A stretch of DNA of 64,000 nucleotides from an uncultured archaeon (lineage in GTDB: Archaea; Thermoplasmatota; Penumbrarchaeia; JASLWR01), in the NCBI GenBank assembly GCA_964430885.1, contig CAYSHM010000003.1:32001-96000 (forward strand). Reading direction: 5' to 3'. The notes beneath the pieces are model-generated. The model saw only the letters and a program-made list of their open reading frames with translations. It had not been told where the DNA came from and did no database searches. Positions 9,488 through 17,270 of the stretch are shown one piece after another. The translations under genes and the position numbers were made by a program. Position 1 is the stretch's first letter. Each line of letters begins with the position of its first letter.

Positions 9488-10945
9488 ATGAGTAAAAAAG
9501 GAGAGATGAAGAAAAAGGAAAAGGGCTCCAAATTAGAAAAAAAACTGTCCTATACACCGGACAACATCTGGGATGGCAGTGACAAAAAAGATGTAAAAAA
9601 GATATTCAGTTTTTCCAATGACTACATGGACTTTCTATCAAACAACAAGACTGAAAGGCAGTGTGTAAAATTTTTTGAAGGGCTGGCCATGGAAAAGGGA
9701 TACAAGTGTATTGACGATATCAAAGGTAAAATCAAAGCCGGAGATAGGATATATCTCAAGAACAAGGAAAAAAACCTAGTTCTCTTTGATGTTGGCAAAT
9801 CGCCTCTGGAACTGGGTTTGAACATAATAGGGGCTCATGTGGATTCACCCAGACTTGATCTGAAACCCATGCCCTTGACAGAGGATAAGGAATCAAATCT
9901 ATCACTTCTCAGAACCCATTACTACGGGGGTATCAAGAAATATCAATGGGTGAACATTCCATTGTCCCTTCAAGGCGTGATAGTAAAGGAGGATGGGAAA
10001 AGGATCGATGTCAATATAGGTGAGGGGCCTGATGATCCAGTATTGGTGATATCAGACCTACTGCCCCATCTATCCCAGAAACAGAATCGAAGAAAGCTCA
10101 GCGTCGGCATTACAGGGGAAGAACTTCAGGCCATTGTCGGATCAATCCCTATGGATGATGTGAAGGCTAAAAATAAAATAAAATTGCGGGTCCTGAAGGA
10201 GCTGAACGAGAGATATGGTACTACTGAACAGGACCTGATATCATCCGAACTGCAGCTTGTTCCTTCAGGCAAAGCCAGACATATAGGTTTCGATAAAGGC
10301 CTCATAGGTGCCTACGGCCAGGACGACAGAATATGCGCCTATACCTCGGTAATGGGGCTCCTCAACAAGAAAAAAAGCGGAAAATCCAAAAGGACCTCCG
10401 TGTGCATTCTATTTGATAGAGAGGAGGTGGGAAGCGATGGCCCTACTGGTGTCAAATCCCGATTCCTCTATAATGCCGTTGGCGAGATCATGTACGCAAT
10501 GAACAAGGACACAAGGGAAAGAGACGTCCGAAGATCTCTTGAAAACTCATTCTGTCTTTCCGCCGATGTCAACGGGGCCCTTAACCCTCTTTTCAAAAAC
10601 GTGAATGAAAAACAGAACACGGCAAGACTGGGAAGAGGAATCGTCATAACGAAATACACTGGATCCCGAGGAAAATACAGCTCAAATGAAGCGAATGCTG
10701 AATTCGTGGCCAAGATAAGAAAAATACTGAACAAGAAGAAAGTGCTTTGGCAGACTGGCGAGCTGGGAAAGGTCGATGAGGGAGGGGGAGGAACAGTTGC
10801 TAAGTTTTTAGCCGAACATAACATGGATGTTATCGATGCAGGGGCCGCACTGGTAAGCATGCACTCCCCTTTCGAGATTTCAAGTAAAGCCGATGTTTTT
10901 TCAGCATATATGGCCTACAGAACATTCTATGAAGAAATGGCATGA
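9488..10945 (+). CDS. M18 family aminopeptidase
   Basis: GAHVDSPRLDLKP, GQDDR, FDREEVGS, SADV, SMHSPFE metal-ligand motifs. Confidence 0.93.
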   Translation: MSKKGEMKKKEKGSKLEKKLSYTPDNIWDGSDKKDVKKIFSFSNDYMDFLSNNKTERQCVKFFEGLAMEKGYKCIDDIKGKIKAGDRIYLKNKEKNLVLFDVGKSPLELGLNIIGAHVDSPRLDLKPMPLTEDKESNLSLLRTHYYGGIKKYQWVNIPLSLQGVIVKEDGKRIDVNIGEGPDDPVLVISDLLPHLSQKQNRRKLSVGITGEELQAIVGSIPMDDVKAKNKIKLRVLKELNERYGTTEQDLISSELQLVPSGKARHIGFDKGLIGAYGQDDRICAYTSVMGLLNKKKSGKSKRTSVCILFDREEVGSDGPTGVKSRFLYNAVGEIMYAMNKDTRERDVRRSLENSFCLSADVNGALNPLFKNVNEKQNTARLGRGIVITKYTGSRGKYSSNEANAEFVAKIRKILNKKKVLWQTGELGKVDEGGGGTVAKFLAEHNMDVIDAGAALVSMHSPFEISSKADVFSAYMAYRTFYEEMA

Positions 10946-10950
10946 CACAT

Positions 10951-12759
10951 CTATTCAACCGTTACACTCTTAGCAAGATTTTTCGGTTTATCAATAGAAC
11001 AGCCTAGCTCAAGTGCACAGTAATATGAGAGCAATTGCTCAACAACAGTTATTGGAATAGGCGTCAGGAGTTCATCGACACGGGGTATACATAGGACATG
11101 ATCCACATACTTCTCCATTTCGGTGTCATCTTCAGACAGTATACCTATTACCGGAGCATCCCTTGAAAGTACCTCGCCTATATTGGAGGCCATCTTATCA
11201 TAGATGAAATCCTTTGGGGCCAGAGCTATCACAGGGGTCTTGTCATCAAGAAGAGCTATAGGGCCGTGTTTAAGTTCCCCCGCAGGATAGCCTTCAGCAT
11301 GAATATAGGATATCTCCTTTAATTTCAGAGCGCCTTCAAGGGCCGTGGGGTAATTTATATTCCGGCCTATGAAGAATATTGAACTAGCAGTAGAAAGCTC
11401 CTTGGCGACTGCCTGTATTAGAGACGTATCATTCAACACTATCTCGATGTTTCGAGGCATCTTCCTCAATTGCTGGTTCAGCTGCCGGGCCCTCTCGGGA
11501 GGCAAAGTACCCCTGCTGACACCCAATTGAATGCTAATAAGATACATTATCAATAATTGAGTAATGAAGGATTTAGACGCTGCAACACCTATTTCAGGAC
11601 CTGCATTTGTATATATCGTCTCATCAACAACCCTTGTAATAGATGAACCCAAAACATTAGTGACTCCAATGGTGATCAAACCTCTGCTGACCGCCTCCTT
11701 GGCAGCAGCAAGAGTGTCCGCAGTCTCTCCGCTTTGACTGATGAAAATAATGACCTGTTCATCGGATGTGGGGTCAAGATACCTGTACTCGGAACCTATC
11801 TCCACCTGACAGGGTAAACCTGTGAGGTGTGTGATGGCATATCGGCCTACCAATCCAGCATGGAAAGATGTACCGCAAGCAACTATCTTGATGTTTTTGA
11901 TCTTGGAATACTTCTCCTTCAAGAGCGGAGATACAAAAACATCCCCGGAAGAGGAAATTTTTCCCAGCATGGATTCCCGAAGAGCCTTGGGCTGCTCGAA
12001 GATCTCCTTGAGCATGAAATGCTCATACCCCCCCTTTTCTGCATCCTCAAGGGTCCATAATATTTCCTGAGGATCAATATCAATCGGTCTGCCTTCATTG
12101 TCGAACAGATCAACATTATCACTTCTTAACACAGCTCCATTTCCTTCATCCAAATATATTACCTTATTTGTATGACCCAATATTGCTGGTACATCAGAGG
12201 CAACCATATTCTCACCCTGGCCTACACCAACAACCAAGGGACTCTGATATCTATAAGCAACAATTTCACCAGGGTGATCCTTATGAAGAACGGCCAAAGC
12301 AAAAGAGCCCCTTAGTTTGGAGACCGTTTTAACCATAGCCTTCTTGAGATCGCCAGCGTAGGCATCCTCGAACAGGTGGGCCACTAATTCCGAATCCGTA
12401 TCGGATATGACATTATGCCCTTTTTCCTTGATCTCCATTTTCAGGGTATGAAAGTTCTCCAAAATCCCATTATGCACTACCGCAATATCGCCTTGGCAAT
12501 CAGTATGCGGATGGGAATTCAATTTGGAAGGGGCACCGTGAGTTGCCCATCGGGTATGGCCTATGCCTGCTGTTTCATGGGCTCTATCAAGAGGTTTTTC
12601 CAGATCTTTTATCCGGCCCTTGTTCTTGAATATTCGGATTGAATCCTTCACCAGAGCTATACCTGCGGAATCATAACCCCTGTATTCCAACCGTTTTAGG
12701 GCTTTGAGAAGAATCTCCTGGGCCTCGCTCTGCCCCATATATCCCACAATGCCGCACAT
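10951..12759 (-). CDS. glmS: Glutamine--fructose-6-phosphate transaminase
   Basis: MCGIVG start, GHTRWATHG, SQSGETADT, KNLAKSVTVE. Confidence 0.97.
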   Translation of the reverse strand: MCGIVGYMGQSEAQEILLKALKRLEYRGYDSAGIALVKDSIRIFKNKGRIKDLEKPLDRAHETAGIGHTRWATHGAPSKLNSHPHTDCQGDIAVVHNGILENFHTLKMEIKEKGHNVISDTDSELVAHLFEDAYAGDLKKAMVKTVSKLRGSFALAVLHKDHPGEIVAYRYQSPLVVGVGQGENMVASDVPAILGHTNKVIYLDEGNGAVLRSDNVDLFDNEGRPIDIDPQEILWTLEDAEKGGYEHFMLKEIFEQPKALRESMLGKISSSGDVFVSPLLKEKYSKIKNIKIVACGTSFHAGLVGRYAITHLTGLPCQVEIGSEYRYLDPTSDEQVIIFISQSGETADTLAAAKEAVSRGLITIGVTNVLGSSITRVVDETIYTNAGPEIGVAASKSFITQLLIMYLISIQLGVSRGTLPPERARQLNQQLRKMPRNIEIVLNDTSLIQAVAKELSTASSIFFIGRNINYPTALEGALKLKEISYIHAEGYPAGELKHGPIALLDDKTPVIALAPKDFIYDKMASNIGEVLSRDAPVIGILSEDDTEMEKYVDHVLCIPRVDELLTPIPITVVEQLLSYYCALELGCSIDKPKNLAKSVTVE

Positions 12760-12775
12760 TTCCATCCACTCCCTT

Positions 12776-14044
12776 TTACCTCACCATTCGTGTTGAATCC
12801 GGAACGTCGCTTACAACATTCACGAGAGGGTCGATATGGGAACTGGAACCCAGTATCAAACCCCCGTTGATCACTGCACCATGGGAAATATCGCAATCCT
12901 GGCCGACGATACACCCAATCCGGGTGGAATCGCCCATCCTTCCCTTCCCAATGGTATTGATTGGTATGGTCAGGGTGGAAGCTCGGGAACCGAAATTAAC
13001 TCCCTCACCCAGAACCGAGTCCTCTATCAAACAGCCCTGGCCCACCGATACATCATTCATCAGTATTGAATTGGAGATCTTGGTGAAACAGTCCACAGTC
13101 ACATTATCTCCTATGGAAGTGGAAGGATATATTACAGAATTTGGACCTATCTCGCAACCCGCGCCTATCACCACCGGTCCCTTAATATAGCTATTAGGAT
13201 GGATGAGCGTACCTTTTCCTATTGATATATCACCGACGAGTGTAGCACCATCCTTGATAACACCTGATTTTTCAACTTCAAAACCGAGAAGAGCCTGGTC
13301 ATTCAACTGCAGAAGGTCCCATGGGAATATGGCATCCTTCCAAATACTTGCCCGGACTGCCCCTATCCTTGCCTCATTATCGATCATATGTTTGATTAGT
13401 CCAGTGATATTATTCCTCTCCTTGCCTGCTATCTCTTCCATATGGCTGAATATTTCTGGTTGGAATCGGCATATGCAGGTGAATATCAATCCCGTGGTGT
13501 TGCTGCAGCCTTCATATGCCCTTATAGCATGGGTTATAACATTATGTGATGTGAAAGAACCGCCTTCCTCTGAAACGCTGGTATTGACCCTGATGTCAGT
13601 AATATATCCGTCCCTTATGCTCACAATACCGTACTTGGAAAGCGCGGTCGACTCTGCGAAAAGAATACTGTTGGGTTCAATTTCAGCACGCAGAAGAGGT
13701 TCAAGGGTTGAGCTCTCAATATAATTATCTCCCGGAAGCACTATGAAATCAGAATCCAAAAGGTGCCTTGCCTGTCTTAAAGCATCTCCAGTACCAAGGG
13801 GTTTTTTCTGCATAACGAATTGGATATTGACCCCGAAATCACCCCCGTCCCCGAAATGCCTCAATATCTTCTCCTTCTTGTAGCCGACAACCATTACAAT
13901 GTCCTGTATACCCACCTCTTTCAATGCGCTTATCAGATGCTCTAATATAGGTTTGTTGGCAATGGATACCATCCCTTTGGTCATGGAATTCGTCAAGGGC
14001 CGGATCCGAGTCCCCTCGCCTGCGGTTAGGATTACTGCCTTCAT
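12776..14044 (-). CDS. Sugar-1-phosphate nucleotidyltransferase/acetyltransferase (archaeal GlmU-like)
   Basis: MKAVILTAGEGTRIRPLT, C-terminal hexapeptide repeats; directly upstream of glmS. Confidence 0.85.
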   Translation of the reverse strand: MKAVILTAGEGTRIRPLTNSMTKGMVSIANKPILEHLISALKEVGIQDIVMVVGYKKEKILRHFGDGGDFGVNIQFVMQKKPLGTGDALRQARHLLDSDFIVLPGDNYIESSTLEPLLRAEIEPNSILFAESTALSKYGIVSIRDGYITDIRVNTSVSEEGGSFTSHNVITHAIRAYEGCSNTTGLIFTCICRFQPEIFSHMEEIAGKERNNITGLIKHMIDNEARIGAVRASIWKDAIFPWDLLQLNDQALLGFEVEKSGVIKDGATLVGDISIGKGTLIHPNSYIKGPVVIGAGCEIGPNSVIYPSTSIGDNVTVDCFTKISNSILMNDVSVGQGCLIEDSVLGEGVNFGSRASTLTIPINTIGKGRMGDSTRIGCIVGQDCDISHGAVINGGLILGSSSHIDPLVNVVSDVPDSTRMVR

Positions 14045-14117
14045 TTTCAGCACCGCTTATTGAAAAATGTCTGATATTATAAAAATGCAACATTGATATT
14101 GGTCCCAAAACCACATA

Positions 14118-15467
14118 TTATTCCACATCATTGAATTCATCCAAAGCCTGCAGGGAAAATATATAGCCCATTATGGGTTTATGAAATGTGAGTTCACCAT
14201 GTAGAATAAAATAGCTTCCTTTATCCTCCAGTATGTCTGAAAGCATGGCCAGAATCTCATTTTTCATTTCACTGTCATTTTGGATGTATATTGGAATTTG
14301 ACATTCCCCGTATTCATCGGTGATTTGGTAGGGAATATGAATTAAATTTGTGCTTTTATTTAATGAATCGCCATTATGGTCATTTTCATTCGAACCGTCC
14401 ATTGGATCATTATCTGAAGAACCGGTATGTATCTGAGCAGTTAATCTTACCTGGGCATCCTCATATAGATAATGTACTGAGGTCAAGTCCGAGAAGGTGA
14501 TATTCTCAGGCTGAGAGCTATGGACCAATAAAGCTGATACGGCCTCCATATAAAGACCCATATCCGTATCATCCTCAACTAGCTTCCCGCTTACCAAAAT
14601 AAGATCCCTTCTGTGGATGATTGAAATATTGAATTCATAAGGCAAGTGAACGTTAAGAAGCCGGCCTCCAGTTACTGTTCTGTCTGAAATTGTTATTGTA
14701 CTGAAAATGGGATCGGGTTCATAGAGAACGTATCCAGTTATGTTGACCGGAAAATAAAGAAACTCTCTTCTATTCTCAGAAAGCCTTTGAAAGGCTCTTT
14801 TTATTCCCATCTCCATGGACTCCCAAGAACCTTCAATAATAACCGCTTCGGAGTTATAGGTAACCAAATATGGATCACCATCATCCTTCAGCTGGACAAA
14901 ACCAGTAACTTTCACTTCCTGTCCAAGTGATACGTTCATCCTTATGTCATAAATGTACCAGGTTATGGAATAATCGCTTGCCGGATCGAATAACTGGGCA
15001 ATATAGAATGTTTCCCTCTGGAACAGATCGGTTACAACTCCGGTGGTACAAACATATTCGCCCTCATATCCAATCAAGGAGATCAGGGCTTTTGTGTCAT
15101 CACACACCGTATCGACCTTCTCTAGGAACGATGCCTTGTTTACCTGGATCTGGTACTCCTTATTGAATTTTACCACTTGACCCCTAACCTCAATAATATC
15201 TCCAGGATCGAAACTGCAATCTCCCGTCTCTACCACAACAGTAACAATGGTATTCTTTCCGCATATGTTGATAAATGTCTCATCTGTATCGGTATACTGT
15301 ACATCACAAACCGCTCCCTGGACCACAACCATTTCTCCTTCATGATCCTCCAATTCATCAAGGGATACATTATTAGGTTTAGCCAGTAAAGAGAATAAAA
15401 AAAGGAAACCTATCCCAATGATGCTGAATATTATAACAAATATGGCAGATCTGTTCTTCAAATCCAC
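14118..15467 (-). CDS. Membrane-anchored multi-OB-fold protein
   Basis: N-terminal TM; repeated OB signatures (GDIIEVRGQV, GQEVKVTGFV, DLILVSGKL). Confidence 0.75.
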   Translation of the reverse strand: MDLKNRSAIFVIIFSIIGIGFLFLFSLLAKPNNVSLDELEDHEGEMVVVQGAVCDVQYTDTDETFINICGKNTIVTVVVETGDCSFDPGDIIEVRGQVVKFNKEYQIQVNKASFLEKVDTVCDDTKALISLIGYEGEYVCTTGVVTDLFQRETFYIAQLFDPASDYSITWYIYDIRMNVSLGQEVKVTGFVQLKDDGDPYLVTYNSEAVIIEGSWESMEMGIKRAFQRLSENRREFLYFPVNITGYVLYEPDPIFSTITISDRTVTGGRLLNVHLPYEFNISIIHRRDLILVSGKLVEDDTDMGLYMEAVSALLVHSSQPENITFSDLTSVHYLYEDAQVRLTAQIHTGSSDNDPMDGSNENDHNGDSLNKSTNLIHIPYQITDEYGECQIPIYIQNDSEMKNEILAMLSDILEDKGSYFILHGELTFHKPIMGYIFSLQALDEFNDVE

Positions 15468-15490
15468 TCGCTCCCTATCTTAATAAAAAA

Positions 15491-15578
15491 TGGCGCCGAG
15501 AAGGAGATTTGAACTCCTGAGACGCAATGCGTCACGAGATTTCCAGTCTCGCGCCCTACCAGGCTGAGCTACCTCGGC
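15491..15578 (-). tRNA. tRNA-Ser(GGA), CCA encoded
   Basis: GCCGAGG acceptor, CGAGA-CTGGAAA-TCTCG anticodon arm, long variable arm, TTCAAAT T-loop. Confidence 0.96.
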
Positions 15579-15843
15579 ATTTGCATTAACAACTTAGGAC
15601 CCAAATGATCCGGCATCATGATTAGATCCAATCGCTACAATTATATCAATTTAGAACTATTTCATGACCTCCCGGATTACGTCAATTGTTTTATTTATAT
15701 TTTATCATACGGTAATTAGAATTATAAAGGTTATGGTTGGTAATGGCATTTACATCTTAAAATAAAGATAATGTTTATAATACATGTTTATGTTTAGTCC
15801 TTGAAAATATTTCCACGATCATTCAATAAAGTGGGGTGAGGGA

Positions 15844-16374
15844 ATGGCAAAGAAAAGAAAACCCAATTCCATGTACAGACAGGTAAAAAGTCAAGCCTAT
15901 ACTCGAAAAAAATATATGGGCGGCATACCTAATCCAAAAATACAAAAATTTGAAACCGGCAATCTAACGAAGGATTTTACTGTCACTATCCATCTCATTG
16001 TAAAGGAAAGATGCCAGGTCCGTCATAGTGCTCTTGAAGCTGCTAGAATTACATGTAATAGACATCTTGTTAAAAGATTGGGACGTGTGGGGTATCATTT
16101 GAAGATAAGAGTATATCCACATAATGTCCTTAGGGAAAACAAACTTGCAACAGGAGCGGGAGCCGATAGGATTTCTCAGGGAATGTCCGAGGCCTTTGGA
16201 AAGCTGGTGGGAACTGCAGCCAGAGTAAAACCCGATCAGGAAATCATCACGGTAAGTGTGGATGCAGATGCTTTCCCAATAGCAAAAGATGCACTGCGTA
16301 AGGCCAGCATGAAGATACCCTCTCCTTGTCAGATAATAGTGGCAAAGGGAAAAGAACTGCTGCCTGGTATTTGA
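15844..16374 (+). CDS. rpl10e: 50S ribosomal protein uL16 (L10e)
   Basis: YTRKKYMGG, ALEAARI, RVYPHNVLRENK, GADRISQGM. Confidence 0.96.
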   Translation: MAKKRKPNSMYRQVKSQAYTRKKYMGGIPNPKIQKFETGNLTKDFTVTIHLIVKERCQVRHSALEAARITCNRHLVKRLGRVGYHLKIRVYPHNVLRENKLATGAGADRISQGMSEAFGKLVGTAARVKPDQEIITVSVDADAFPIAKDALRKASMKIPSPCQIIVAKGKELLPGI

Positions 16375-16589
16375 ATCTACATTAAAATTTTTTGGCTCTT
16401 TTTTCATTCGCATTTTAGAGCCTATATTTTATATTTTATCAAATGCAATTCCATAAAATATCAATACCACAATTAACAATTATACTACTATTAACATAAA
16501 AAAAAATTTGAAGCTATTTCAGGAATAGCTCCCGTATTTTCTTTTCAGTTTAGAAAAAATTTTAGTTCTACAAATTATCAGTTATTAAT

Positions 16590-16970
16590 TTATTCTTCTT
16601 CAATAACGAACTCTTCTACCTCTTCCACTTCCTCGGGCTCAGGTTCTTCCTCCTGAATCTCCTCCTCGGGTTCCTCCTCGGGCTCAGGTTCTTCCTCCTG
16701 AATCTCCTCCCCAGGTTCCTCGGATTCGGCTTCGGGGGCACCTTCTAACCTCTCCATAACCTCACCAAAGGCCACCCTTCTTGCCACCTTGTTGATCTTC
16801 ACTTTGATAAAATCTCCGACACTAACATCAGGTATTATTATCACAAAATTCTTCACTCTAGCTATTCCATCCCCTTCCCGTCCCAAACTTTCAATTTTCA
16901 CTTCATAGCTCTCACCCTCATTGATAGGAGGTGATCGCACAAATCGGTTTCTATTATCTCCTGGATACAA
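16590..16970 (-). CDS. Single TRAM-domain RNA chaperone with acidic tail
   Basis: PINEGESYEVKIESLGREGDGIARVKNFVIIIP; TTG start after AAGGTGA. Confidence 0.9.
   Translation of the reverse strand: MYPGDNRNRFVRSPPINEGESYEVKIESLGREGDGIARVKNFVIIIPDVSVGDFIKVKINKVARRVAFGEVMERLEGAPEAESEEPGEEIQEEEPEPEEEPEEEIQEEEPEPEEVEEVEEFVIEEE
16630..16710. repeat. Direct repeat, 36 nt x2 with 45-nt period, in TRAM tail
   Basis: tcctcgggctcaggttcttcctcctgaatctcctcc at 16630 and 16675; encodes EEIQEEEPEPEE twice. Confidence 0.85.
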
Positions 16971-17013
16971 AATCTCACCTTTTATTTAATTTTAATTATA
17001 AACCATTTTATTT

Positions 17014-17077
17014 ACCATTCGAACAATATCTAAAATCATTCTGGACATCCAGACAATTTTAGCATTGTTCAAATGAC
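17014..17077 (-). promoter_or_regulatory. Long RNA hairpin in putative 5' UTR of TRAM gene
   Basis: 29-bp stem with six G-U pairs and two A bulges on the minus strand; lies between a TTTTAAATA box (~17113-17121) and the RBS. Confidence 0.7.
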
Positions 17078-17182
17078 TGCCAAACGGCGGATAGGTTAAA
17101 ATAAATACATGCTATTTAAAACTTTCACCACAATAAATTTCACTTACAGAAGAGAATATTTTCAAGTATATGGGAAGAAATT

Positions 17183-17209
17183 AAAAAACCCTCCCCTTTT
17201 CAGGAGAGG
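17183..17209 (-). terminator. Hairpin plus U-tract terminator
   Basis: CCTCTCCT-GAAA-AGGGGAGG followed by GTTTTTT downstream of 17271..20078. Confidence 0.7.
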
Positions 17210-17270
17210 TCTGCGCTTACCATCCATGGATAGAGGAAAACATTCGCCCTTATCTTTGGACTTTGAATGA

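Noticed and set aside
5352-17096. Shared 11-mer GGCGGATAGGT at 5352 and 17086, both upstream of genes
   Set aside because: Many 11-mer matches are expected by chance in 64 kb, and there is no extended similarity.
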